From assembly GCA_963665275.2 (NCBI GenBank), contig CAXXIN010000010.1, positions 1 through 41,599 on the forward strand: a stretch of DNA of 41,599 bases, given 5' to 3'. This document shows positions 29,948 through 38,876 of this stretch, piece after piece (position 1 is the stretch's first letter; the number at the start of each line of letters is the position of its first letter). The position numbers and the translations under genes are program-made. A model generated the notes under the pieces. The model had not been told where the DNA came from, searched no databases, and saw only the letters and a program-made list of their open reading frames with translations. The stretch comes from Negativicutes bacterium. Lineage in GTDB: Bacteria; Bacillota; Negativicutes; UBA1444.

Positions 29948-30919
29948 ATGACCTATTTGTTTGCCTCACTTTACGGCTGGCTCAGCCGAAATATTTTTCA
30001 ATTCGTCCTTCTGTCGCTCATCGGCGGCTATTTCTTTCCGCTTCAGCCGTCGCCAGCATTAAAACTTTTGGTTATGGTGCTATTCGGCTACATGACTTTC
30101 GCCACCGGGCTCAATTCCAGCTTTCGAGACTTTGTCCGGATTGCCGCCAAACCAGGCATCCCGCTTTATACTTTGGGCGTAATCCACATCGCCACTCCAC
30201 TCGTTGCCTGGATCGTCGGGCATCTTTTTTTCCCCGGTCAGCCTCTGATTCAGATTGGCTACCTGATCAGCGCCACTATTCCTGTCGGCGTCACTTCGGT
30301 CATCTGGACTTCCATCGGCGGCGGCAATGTTGCGCTGACGATGATGACAGTGATCATGGATACCCTGATCACACCGGTGCTACTGCCCTTGTTCATCCTA
30401 TTCGCCGCCGGCATCGCCATTCAGATTGATTATAGCCGAATGATTCTCGATCTTCTGTTCATGATCACCATCCCCAGCATTGCAGGCATGTTGCTGCACG
30501 ATGCGTCCCAAGGAAAAGCCCGGGTTTTTGCCAATGGATTCGGCGGCGTTCTGTCAAGGTTCGCCTTTTTCGGTGTTATCTTTCTGAACTCAACATTCGT
30601 TATGTCCTCCATCCAATGGAATGCACACATCCTGAAAATCTTGGCGGTTACCAGTCTTGTCGTCGCCATCGGCTATTTATTGGGATATGCGGCTGGCCTT
30701 TTCATCCATGCGAAGCCTGATGTCGTTCTCTCCATTATTTATACTACCGGCATGCGCAATATTGCCACCGGTCTGGTCATCGCCATGAACTACTTCACGC
30801 CGGAAACAGCTTTGCCGATCGCTCTGGCCATGCTTTTTCAACAGCCGTTCGCCGCCCTGACCGTGAAGATTTTCCGTCGGCGCTACCCCCTCGCAGAACC
30901 GGCCATGGCGACAAAATGA
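29948..30919 (+). CDS. Bile acid:sodium symporter (BASS, PanS-like) transporter
   Basis: IPVGVTSVIW...GGNVAL, GMRNIATG and FQQ, with multiple TM helices. Confidence 0.85.
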   Translation: MTYLFASLYGWLSRNIFQFVLLSLIGGYFFPLQPSPALKLLVMVLFGYMTFATGLNSSFRDFVRIAAKPGIPLYTLGVIHIATPLVAWIVGHLFFPGQPLIQIGYLISATIPVGVTSVIWTSIGGGNVALTMMTVIMDTLITPVLLPLFILFAAGIAIQIDYSRMILDLLFMITIPSIAGMLLHDASQGKARVFANGFGGVLSRFAFFGVIFLNSTFVMSSIQWNAHILKILAVTSLVVAIGYLLGYAAGLFIHAKPDVVLSIIYTTGMRNIATGLVIAMNYFTPETALPIALAMLFQQPFAALTVKIFRRRYPLAEPAMATK

Positions 30920-30937
30920 TATGGAGTTATTGCTGCA

Positions 30938-32743
30938 ATGAAATCGTCTGCTGAAAACCCTGCAAACGTCCGATTAACTGTTGAGGCCGGCGGAAAACGC
31001 GAACTGGTGACCACCACTGCCGGAAAAGGACTGCTGGACGCGTTACGCGACTGCGGGATATACGTCAATGCGCCCTGCGGCGGAAATGGGACCTGCGGCA
31101 AATGCCGGATTACGGTATTGGCCGGAATGCTGGAAGTGATCGGAAATGACACCGAAGCGGCGCATTTTGTCTCCGCTGGTGAAACAGCACTGGCCTGCCG
31201 CGCTCAGTTGAGCAATGACTGCACCATCGACATCGGCCATCTGCAGGAGCAAAATTTCGCCGGCGCCGTTGATTTTTCTATCCTCTCCGAAGTTGGCCCG
31301 AATACAGAAATGGAAACTCTCCGATTCTCGCCGACGTCCGGCTGTTGGAGAAATGGGCGCAGCATCACCGAAACCATCTGCACAGACCTTGGCCGGCGAC
31401 TAACCTTCACGCCCAAGGCGCTTCGCCAGTTATCACTCTGGATGGGCGAATCGCTGCAACAGAGTTTCGCGGGGCCGGATGAACAGCGGTCGATCTATCT
31501 GACGGTTCGCCGGGACCATGTCCTTCTGATCCGGAACTCGGAATCGGAACCGATTTACGGAATCGGAGTGGATATCGGCACTACGACGATCGCTTTTGCA
31601 TTGGTGGACCTGGAAAATGGGAAGGTCTGCAAAACACTTTCGCTACTGAATTCTCAGCGCCAATACGGCGCCGACGTCATCTCCCGCATCCAGAAATCTT
31701 CTGACGGATTGATGGACGTCTTGCAGAAATACAGTCGCAACGATATCACCCGCGGCCTCGCCGAACTGTGCGTCGAAAGTCACGACTCGGTAGTACACAT
31801 GGTGATTGCCGGCAATACGACAATGCTGCATCTACTCCTGGGACTGCGCAGCGACTCATTGGCGCAATATCCGTTTAATCCGGTGACAATGGATGCAATG
31901 AAAATAAGCGCTGCCGAATTATTGGGTCCTCTCCCTGTCGACTGCGAAGCGATCCTGCTGCCGTCAGCCGGCGCTTTCATGGGCGCCGATACTATCTCCG
32001 GCCTGATGTATTGCAAAATCGACCAGGCGAAAGGCATCTCACTGTTTATTGATGTGGGAACGAACGGCGAGATGGCGATCGGCGGCAAAGAAAAGCTGAT
32101 TTGCGTCTCAACCGCGGCGGGGCCCGCTTTCGAAGGCGCTAATATCACTTGGGGAACCGGCAGTATTCCCGGCGCAGTCTCGTCTTTTGACTTCCATGAT
32201 GGCAAGACCGAATTCAGTACAATCGGCGACGCGCTCCCTGTCGGTCTCTGCGGTTCAGCGATCGTTGACATCGTGGCTGCTTGCCTGCGAACGGGCATCA
32301 TTGACCGGACCGGACGGTTCATATCCGATGAAACTGGAGCCGAGGGACTTCCCATTGCGCAAACCCAGAGCGGCGAATGGATCAAGTTTTATCAGAAGGA
32401 TGTCCGCGAGTTTCAATTAGCCAAGTCGGCTATTCGGTCCGGCATCGAAATTCTGATGCGAGAATATGGATGCGGGCCGCAAGATATCGGGCAAATCTAT
32501 CTCGCTGGCGGTTTCGGCACACGGATGGACGCCCGGAATGCGCTGGAGGTCGGGCTATTGCCGCCTGAACTGCAAGGAAAAATCCAATCGATAGGCAACA
32601 CGTCGTTAGGCGGAACGGTGCATTGCCTGCTGAATGGCAAAAGTATGCAGACAGCGGAACTGCTGGCGCACTCTGCAACCGTGCTTGACTTGTCCAGACA
32701 CCCATCTTTCAATGATCTGTTCATGGAACAGCTTCAGTTTTAG
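30938..32743 (+). CDS. ASKHA-type ATP-dependent reductive activator of corrinoid proteins (RACo/DUF4445) with 2Fe-2S domain
   Basis: CGGNGTCGKC...LAC, VDIGTTT, GADVISRI, IDVGTNGE, AAGPAFEG and LAGGFG. Confidence 0.9.
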   Translation: MKSSAENPANVRLTVEAGGKRELVTTTAGKGLLDALRDCGIYVNAPCGGNGTCGKCRITVLAGMLEVIGNDTEAAHFVSAGETALACRAQLSNDCTIDIGHLQEQNFAGAVDFSILSEVGPNTEMETLRFSPTSGCWRNGRSITETICTDLGRRLTFTPKALRQLSLWMGESLQQSFAGPDEQRSIYLTVRRDHVLLIRNSESEPIYGIGVDIGTTTIAFALVDLENGKVCKTLSLLNSQRQYGADVISRIQKSSDGLMDVLQKYSRNDITRGLAELCVESHDSVVHMVIAGNTTMLHLLLGLRSDSLAQYPFNPVTMDAMKISAAELLGPLPVDCEAILLPSAGAFMGADTISGLMYCKIDQAKGISLFIDVGTNGEMAIGGKEKLICVSTAAGPAFEGANITWGTGSIPGAVSSFDFHDGKTEFSTIGDALPVGLCGSAIVDIVAACLRTGIIDRTGRFISDETGAEGLPIAQTQSGEWIKFYQKDVREFQLAKSAIRSGIEILMREYGCGPQDIGQIYLAGGFGTRMDARNALEVGLLPPELQGKIQSIGNTSLGGTVHCLLNGKSMQTAELLAHSATVLDLSRHPSFNDLFMEQLQF

Positions 32744-32790
32744 AGGTTCTATCGCAAATGGCGGCTTTATGGCCGAAAGAAGAGGTTGTT

Positions 32791-33567
32791 ATGGAAAATC
32801 ATCACCTTGTGGTAGGCCGCGAATTTGAAGAACGGGAACTCTATCAGGAAGCTCTGCTTGAGTATGGAAAAGCGGTGGAGGCAGAATCGGCGAATCCGTC
32901 GCCACTTCTCCACCGGGCGGCTTTATTGGCGGAAGTCGGTCAATACGCGCCTGCGTTGAAAGACTATACGCGGGCATTGGAAATCGACCCCTATGAATCA
33001 GCTGCCTATAATAATCGGGGCGATGTATACGCCAGCCTGGGTCGCCATGAAGATGCGATCGCCGATTTCACCCAGGCTCTGTTCATCAATCCCGATGATG
33101 TCGATTCCTATTACAACCGGGGTTTGTCGCTGGCCGAGCTGGGCAAAATGACGGCGGCGTTGGAAGATCTGACGGCGGCGCTCGCCCTTGACCCGAGGCA
33201 CGGCGGCGCTTATAACAACCGCGGATTAGTTCATGTCGCACTGGGTGATTATGCCCGCGCAGTGGAGGATTTCAGCAAAGCCTTGGAAGTGCGGTCCGGA
33301 TTTGCCTGCTCTTTCGACCATCGGGGGCTCGCCTATGAGAAGTTGGGCGACCTGCGCAGCGCGATTCAGGACTATACCGAGGCCCTGGCCATCGCACCCC
33401 ACAATGCCGATTCCCTATATCATCGCGCCTGCGCGTATAAAGAAACCGGTGAAACAAAAAAAGCCCGTTCAGACTTTCAGCTGTTGGTGAAAGTGACGGA
33501 CACGAAACATCCTTTTGTTGCTTTGGCGCGCCAGAAGATCAAAGAGTTAGAGGGTCATTCCCCCTGA
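32791..33567 (+). CDS. Tetratricopeptide-repeat protein
   Basis: Repeated AYNNRG...A..D...AL..DP units of 34 aa. Confidence 0.88.
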   Translation: MENHHLVVGREFEERELYQEALLEYGKAVEAESANPSPLLHRAALLAEVGQYAPALKDYTRALEIDPYESAAYNNRGDVYASLGRHEDAIADFTQALFINPDDVDSYYNRGLSLAELGKMTAALEDLTAALALDPRHGGAYNNRGLVHVALGDYARAVEDFSKALEVRSGFACSFDHRGLAYEKLGDLRSAIQDYTEALAIAPHNADSLYHRACAYKETGETKKARSDFQLLVKVTDTKHPFVALARQKIKELEGHSP

Positions 33568-35678
33568 GCGAAAAAAGTATCCACATCGGCTGGTTTTGCG
33601 AACAGATATCCCTGATGAATAACCTTTGCACGGGCATCCAGGAATTCTGCCTGTTCCTGTGTTTCCACGCCTTCGGCAACCACCCGCAGGTTCATATGTT
33701 TGGCCATTGCCAGGATGGTTTCTACGATAGCCCCGCTGTTGGGATCACGAAGTGCATCTTGCACAAAGGTTTTGTCAATTTTAAGTTCGGCGATGGGGAG
33801 CCTTTTTAGATAGGCGAGTGAAGAATAGCCGGTGCCGAAATCGTCGATGGAGAAACTCACGCCGATTTCAACCAGCGCTGCCATTTTTCGGATGACTGTC
33901 TCAACATCCTCAATAACTACACCTTCCGTCACTTCCAACACCAGCATTGTTGGGTCTGCGCCGCTGTCCGACACTGCTTTTTTTATGCGCTCGACAAAGT
34001 CATTTTGACGAAACTCGCGCGGACTGACATTGACCGAGACTGGCGCTGGTCGACCAGCGCGTTCAAGACGGACGATGAAATGGCAAGCTTCCGACAGCAC
34101 CCATTGTCCGATCTCGATAATGAGATCGCTTTCCTCAGCAACACCGATAAATATCGCAGGCGCTATGATACCACGTTCAGGGTGGTTCCAGCGCACCAGC
34201 GCTTCAAAGCCATGCACATTTTTCGCCGAATCGAACTGGGGCTGGACGAACAATCGCAATTCACGGGCGGCAACGCCTCGCCGCAAATCAGTTTCGATAA
34301 GGTAACGTTCTCGAACTGCTTCGTCCATTTCGTATTCGAAAACGGTTTTTTTGTTTCCCCCGTCAGCTTTAGCTTTGCGCAAGGCAGTGTCAGCCCGGCG
34401 CAACAAATCTTGCGAAGTTACAGCTTCGCACGGAGAAATAACGACCCCGCCAATACTGAAGCTGAGCATAATTTCCTCATCGTTCATCACATACGATTGG
34501 GTCAATTCGCGGTGTACATCCCGCAAGCAAAGTTGGGCCTGCTGTTTATTCCCATCGGATTCAAACGCATTCAAGGTCACTAAATAGGCGAATTCGTCAG
34601 CCCCCAGGCGAGCGGCCCGATCCGTCTGACCACAAATATGCCTGAACCTGTCCCCTACCTGTTTGAGAAGTTCATCGCCGCGCTCCATGCCCAGCGCGTT
34701 GTTGATCGTTTTAAAGCGATCAATATTGGCCAGCATTAGGATGCCAGTTCCTTTTTCTTCAATCAGCTGGGTGAGCTCCTCGTGGAGTTGCGAACGGTTA
34801 CCCAACCCCGTCAACGGATCAAATCGAGCCAGCAGATCGGACAAGGCTTTAGCCTGTTTGGTCGCTTCTATCAGACGCAGGTTCGTTTCACGCAATTCCT
34901 GCTCTGTGTGTTTTCGCTCGGTAATGTCTTCTTTGATTGCCAAATAGTGCGTCACGGAGCCATCTGCAGCCCGGACCGGCGCGATTAAGGCCGACTCCCA
35001 ATAATATGTTCCATCCTTGCGACGATTATGAAATTCACCGCGCCATTCTCTGCCTTGTTTAAGCTCATCCCACATTTTCTTGTACCCACCCGGGTCCATC
35101 TGCCCGGATTTGAGGATGCGTGGATTCAGTCCTCTCGCATCTGCCGGACTATATCCGGTCGTCTCAGCAAATTTGGGATTCGCATACTCGATAGTGCCGT
35201 CCAAATTCGTAACCACTACTGTAGCTGGACTCTGTTCAACAATTTGCGCGAAGATGCGGAATCGCTCTTCCTCTATTTTACGATCCGTAATATCGGTATG
35301 GGAACCGGCCATGCGGTAAATTTTCCCGTCATTATCGCGGATTCCGGCTCCGCGTGACAAGATCCACCGATAGGATCCGTTTCGGTGCTTCATGCGATAT
35401 TGGGTGCAGTATTGGTCAATCTCGCCATTCAGGTATTTGCGAAGATTATCCATAACTCCAGATTTTTCCCCAGGATGAAGATTGTCTTCAAAAGTGCTGA
35501 AATTGCTGGGTATTTCGGCATCAGCATAGCCGAGAATCTCCTTCCAGCGCGGCGACAAATACAGGCTGTTATCAATCAAATTCCAGTCCCAGATCCCATC
35601 TTGGGTTCCCGCTACGGCCAAAGCCAGCCGTTCTTCACTTTCCCGAAGCTGTTTTTCGATATTTGACTCGGCGTTCAT
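33555..35678 (-). CDS. PAS-PAS-GGDEF-EAL c-di-GMP enzyme
   Basis: DGIWDWN (PAS) and a second PAS (WRGEFHNRRKDG), followed by RLGADEF, EALVRW, IDDFGTGYSSL and AEGVET. Confidence 0.92.
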   Translation of the reverse strand: MNAESNIEKQLRESEERLALAVAGTQDGIWDWNLIDNSLYLSPRWKEILGYADAEIPSNFSTFEDNLHPGEKSGVMDNLRKYLNGEIDQYCTQYRMKHRNGSYRWILSRGAGIRDNDGKIYRMAGSHTDITDRKIEEERFRIFAQIVEQSPATVVVTNLDGTIEYANPKFAETTGYSPADARGLNPRILKSGQMDPGGYKKMWDELKQGREWRGEFHNRRKDGTYYWESALIAPVRAADGSVTHYLAIKEDITERKHTEQELRETNLRLIEATKQAKALSDLLARFDPLTGLGNRSQLHEELTQLIEEKGTGILMLANIDRFKTINNALGMERGDELLKQVGDRFRHICGQTDRAARLGADEFAYLVTLNAFESDGNKQQAQLCLRDVHRELTQSYVMNDEEIMLSFSIGGVVISPCEAVTSQDLLRRADTALRKAKADGGNKKTVFEYEMDEAVRERYLIETDLRRGVAARELRLFVQPQFDSAKNVHGFEALVRWNHPERGIIAPAIFIGVAEESDLIIEIGQWVLSEACHFIVRLERAGRPAPVSVNVSPREFRQNDFVERIKKAVSDSGADPTMLVLEVTEGVVIEDVETVIRKMAALVEIGVSFSIDDFGTGYSSLAYLKRLPIAELKIDKTFVQDALRDPNSGAIVETILAMAKHMNLRVVAEGVETQEQAEFLDARAKVIHQGYLFAKPADVDTFFAQGE

Positions 35679-35868
35679 CGTCGAAACCTCATTTCCGCAG
35701 AAAATTTACTGTGTTAGTTTCGTTGCAGTTGCGTCTTTCTCCTGCAATCACTGCGGATGACACTCCAGACTTTCCTTAGTGTACAGGCAAACTCAAGAGC
35801 CTTGACGTTCCTTATTGGGAAACGCCCAGTGCTTTGTTTGTATTCCCGGCAAATCCATGGTTCACAAT

Positions 35869-35907
35869 AAAAAAAGGCCCTCGATTCCGTAAAGACTAGA
35901 GGGCTTG
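35869..35907 (-). terminator. Terminator downstream of the tRNA 3' fragment
   Basis: Minus strand AAGCCCTC...GAGGGCC followed by a U-tract. Confidence 0.7.
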
Positions 35908-35914
35908 ATTTTAC

Positions 35915-35961
35915 TGGAGCCGCTGATAAGAGTTGCACTTACGACCCGCTCATTACGAATG
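35915..35961 (-). tRNA. 3' half of tRNA-Thr(CGT), interpreted as the prophage att core (not a complete tRNA)
   Basis: Minus strand CA-TTCGTAA-TGAGC GGGTC GTAAG-TGCAACT-CTTAT CAGCGGC T CCA gives the anticodon loop, T arm, 3' acceptor strand and CCA. The D arm and 5' acceptor strand are absent. Confidence 0.85.
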
Positions 35962-36077
35962 TCTTTAGTTTAAGAAACTGACGTACACTGATGCTCAACT
36001 ATCCGCGTAAAATATGGGCGCGTGTCGTTTTTCTGTACGGTAATGAAAAGTGAAAAAAAGTAGTGATTTTTAGAGTC

Positions 36078-36095
36078 GGGCAAATTTTGGGCGAA
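36078..36095 (+). repeat. Putative integrase arm-type sites
   Basis: Direct repeat GGGCAAA/GGGCGAA with 11-nt period, about 120 bp inside the att core. Confidence 0.45.
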
Positions 36096-36112
36096 GGGTT
36101 GATTTTAGCGGT

Positions 36113-36454
36113 CTATGGCAATTCGGCTCTCTTGACCAGTTTCACTACCAGCTTCATTGCTGGATTTTCCTTAACATATCCCCCGACATAAAATTCATTC
36201 GGTGCTATAGGTCCGCTAAAAACTACTGTGTATTGCTCCAACGTCCCGAAAATAGATGACGGTGGCCCAAAATAATGATTTACTCTTGCTTCAGCGCTTA
36301 TGTTACCGTTAGAAATTGAATAGTTTCCTATGTAAAAATATAAACTATCGCCACCAAAAATACGCAATGTTTCAAAAACAACAACGCCGGCACCAACTTG
36401 GGTTTCTGGTTGTTCAACCGAAGCAAACGAGATCGACCATAAGCCTTCAATCAT
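36113..36454 (-). CDS. GrlR-like beta-barrel protein (prophage moron)
   Basis: MIEGLWSISF...GAGVVVF...IFGGDS.YFYIGNY matches the GrlR-family pattern. AGGAGG RBS. Confidence 0.65.
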   Translation of the reverse strand: MIEGLWSISFASVEQPETQVGAGVVVFETLRIFGGDSLYFYIGNYSISNGNISAEARVNHYFGPPSSIFGTLEQYTVVFSGPIAPNEFYVGGYVKENPAMKLVVKLVKRAELP

Positions 36455-36488
36455 TGGAGCGCCTCCTATAAATTATTTCTATAACTAT

Positions 36489-36515
36489 GTTCGCAACTAG
36501 AATTAATATTCCTTC
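36489..36515 (-). promoter_or_regulatory. Sigma-H-like promoter of the GrlR-like gene
   Basis: Minus strand GAAGGAATA...GCGAAC. Confidence 0.5.
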
Positions 36516-36525
36516 TTGGGCAAAC

Positions 36526-36559
36526 AAAAAAAGCCTGCCGCACCGAAGCACGACAGGCT
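36526..36559 (-). terminator. Terminator ending the phage lysis transcript
   Basis: Minus strand AGCCTGTCG...CGGCAGGCT followed by a U-tract. Confidence 0.7.
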
Positions 36560-36574
36560 AGCCTGTAGGGCTAT

Positions 36575-37201
36575 TTAATTTAAAATCTTCGGATAAAAGC
36601 TTCCCATGCCGTATACCCTATTCCTAGTAGTATACCCAGCGTCAGCACCCCAGTCCTTGTTTGTGTAACTGATCCCCGCCCCAACTTCAAAGGGCAAATC
36701 TCCTCCGGCCAGAGCCAATGTGTTAAATCCCAATTTAGCTTTGTCCAGCGTTATCCGGTAGACATCGACCTTCTGCTCCTTGATGTTCGGAGTCACTACC
36801 GTTTTATCAGCTGGTACAGCGTTTGCCGGTGATTTCCCTGCGTCGATATCCCGTTTCACCGTGACGGCTGCCTGCTCAATTGTTGGCGCCTGAACGATGT
36901 ACCGAATATCCGGGGGCTTGTCCTGCACCTTGGCCAGTTCCGTGGCCAGCAGTTTTGCCTGTCCCTGGGTGATGTTGAGCTGTTTTGCTAGCTCCTCTTT
37001 GGATTTGATCTGCTCCTGCGTCATCACCACAGCATGATCGTGCTGGAAATAATAATACGCGGCAGTGCCGACCGCCACCATGGCGACGATCAAGACAGCT
37101 GCAAGCACAATTTTAACCCACAGCGGTATCGAGTCCTGCGCATATTTCAGCTCCTGGGATTCGTATTCAGCGAGTTTCGCTTTGAGTTCTTCGTCGGTCA
37201 T
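36575..37201 (-). CDS. Phage lysis-region membrane protein (TM, coiled coil, beta-rich C-terminus); spanin candidate
   Basis: Single TM (WVKIVLAAVLIVAMVAVGTAAYYYF), helical Q/K/E-rich segment and aromatic/Gly beta strands. Last gene on the lysis strand. Confidence 0.7.
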   Translation of the reverse strand: MTDEELKAKLAEYESQELKYAQDSIPLWVKIVLAAVLIVAMVAVGTAAYYYFQHDHAVVMTQEQIKSKEELAKQLNITQGQAKLLATELAKVQDKPPDIRYIVQAPTIEQAAVTVKRDIDAGKSPANAVPADKTVVTPNIKEQKVDVYRITLDKAKLGFNTLALAGGDLPFEVGAGISYTNKDWGADAGYTTRNRVYGMGSFYPKILN

Positions 37202-37296
37202 TGAGAATCACCTTCTTAATTATCTTAATTTTGTGGCAGGAAAACATGGGGTTTTGTGGAAATAGTTTATGCGCTCGGAAAACAAGGAGTGAATAA

Positions 37297-37479
37297 ATGA
37301 CTACTCAGGAAATCGCAAGGGATATTGTGATCGCAATGATCGAAAAAGGCGCTTTCACGTTTTACTGTGCAAATAGCGAAAAGGATGTCGAAACTCCCTC
37401 GCTTAACGCCAAATCCGTAGCAGCGGCTTACGATGTGATATACGCAGGGATTCTTGTTTCCCTTAACAAAACACGCTAA
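37297..37479 (+). CDS. Small hypothetical phage protein (60 aa)
   Basis: AAGGAG RBS and a possible sigma-H promoter at 37236-37263. Confidence 0.6.
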   Translation: MTTQEIARDIVIAMIEKGAFTFYCANSEKDVETPSLNAKSVAAAYDVIYAGILVSLNKTR

Positions 37480-37631
37480 TTCCTAACTGACAAGCAATTA
37501 AGGTTCCGGGCGCAATCAATCAGTTTCGGCAGTTCGTCCTAACCGAAGATCTTCAGGACGTGCTTAATCCCCTCGCTTGAGTTCGGCCATTTCTTTTTTT
37601 AGAGCCTAAATTCGTTCTCCCAATCCCATGA

Positions 37632-37841
37632 TTAATGCGTCTTATCATATTTTTGCAGATCATACCTTTTGATAATCGCCATCACCGACGCCGCGTAATT
37701 CGGATCTGATGCATACGGGATCGCTATGCTCCGAATAAATGCCTGCGCCGATCTAAAATCCCTGTGATACCATGGCTTAGATAATTTGTCACAGTAATCA
37801 ACGAGCGCGGCATCTAATGATGTGTAGACCTGAAACTGATA
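37632..37841 (-). pseudogene. C-terminal remnant of a GH73 endolysin
   Basis: Manual translation YQFQVYTSLDAALVDYCD...FIRSIAIPYASDPNYAASVMAIIKRYDLQKYDKTH*. No start codon, and TAG/TGA lie immediately upstream in frame. Confidence 0.85.
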
Positions 37842-38135
37842 CTACTTCCATCAAGACGAGACTGGACAACGATCGAAGCCCCCCCTCAACCTAAATCCCC
37901 CTGTATCATTTGTGGAGAACATAGGATCATAAAACGCTGTCGTATTATCCCTAGCGAAATCGGTGGATCTAACCATGAAAACAATGCAATTTATCTATGC
38001 CCGACGCATCGATATTTATGGGAACATCATACATTGAATAAAAGCGAACTCGACAGAATAGCTGGTAAAATCAACGACAAAGCCGCAGATAGTATAGAAT
38101 ACTTTCAAAAATTCTATATGGGGGGCCTTCCATGA
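37839..38135 (+). pseudogene. C-terminal remnant of an HNH-like protein
   Basis: ...PCIICGE...RCRIIPSEIGGSNHENNAIYLCPTHRYLWE... has no start codon. Its TGA overlaps the ATG of the next gene (ATGA). Confidence 0.75.
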
Positions 38136-38578
38136 AATACATTGCCGGCGACTTTCCTGAAATCACCAAGATATCCTGCGATCAGCTTGTTTGGGGCTGG
38201 GGAAACGATAAATGCGCAAAGTTCACTGAGCATCTGATCTCGGCAGAAATATTGACCGAAGAAAGCAAGTCCAGCATTATGGGAAAAGCTGGCTGGGGAG
38301 CTATTGGCGCTATTGCTTTGGGTCCGCTCGGCTTACTTGCCGGCGTACTTGGTGGCGGCCGAAGCAAAGAAATTTGCGTCGCCTGTGAATTTGATGATGG
38401 CCGCAAGTTTATCGCCACGGCATCACCTTCTGAACATCGTGATTTGATGAAGTTCGCGTTTAATAACCAAAAGTTAAAGCGTTCTGTCATAACGCCTACA
38501 GCGAGTTTTTGTATACAATGCGGCACGCTTCGTCCTTCAGCATCAAAGTTCTGTTCTCAATGCGGAAACCGCTTTTAA
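38132..38578 (+). CDS. Phage protein with Gly-zipper segment and C-terminal zinc ribbon
   Basis: GWGAIGAIALGPLGLLAGVLGG and CIQC...CSQC. Confidence 0.75.
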   Translation: MKYIAGDFPEITKISCDQLVWGWGNDKCAKFTEHLISAEILTEESKSSIMGKAGWGAIGAIALGPLGLLAGVLGGGRSKEICVACEFDDGRKFIATASPSEHRDLMKFAFNNQKLKRSVITPTASFCIQCGTLRPSASKFCSQCGNRF

Positions 38579-38600
38579 GTTTTATTAAGGAGGCCTATCC

Positions 38601-38837
38601 ATGATAAAACGGATATCATTCACGCTTATTCTGGCAATGTTGATCACTGTTCCATGTTTTGCGGCCACTCCTGCAACGAGTTCAGACGACTCTTACTGCC
38701 GGAAGGTACAACTCCAAGCTCCCGAGGATGCACTGCAAAGAGGCTGCTGCTCTCACCATAATGGTGTATGCGGCTGTCAGAATGGTCGGCAAGTATGTTG
38801 CGATGGCAGCTATAGTCCTTCGTGTAGATGTGATTAG
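38601..38837 (+). CDS. Small secreted Cys-rich protein (GCCSHHxGVCGC type)
   Basis: AAGGAGG RBS, signal peptide and RGCCSHHNGVCGC...CCDGSYSPSCRC. Confidence 0.75.
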   Translation: MIKRISFTLILAMLITVPCFAATPATSSDDSYCRKVQLQAPEDALQRGCCSHHNGVCGCQNGRQVCCDGSYSPSCRCD

Positions 38838-38876
38838 ACTGTACGACAGAAAGAAGGCCTTCCAACGAAAACCCTA

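Noticed and set aside
35680-35870. c-di-GMP riboswitch upstream of the GGDEF-EAL gene (other cyclase leaders also checked)
   Set aside because: No GEMM-like GGCAAA...GAAA...GCAAA arrangement was seen by eye. An Rfam scan would be decisive.
35915-35990. Complete tRNA-Thr gene
   Set aside because: The D arm and 5' acceptor strand are missing. Only the att duplicate is present.
36481-36495. LexA (Cheo) box suggested by TATGTTCG here and near 40347
   Set aside because: Only half-sites are present, with no GAAC-N4-GTTC palindrome. The 36489 site fits a sigma-H -10 element better.
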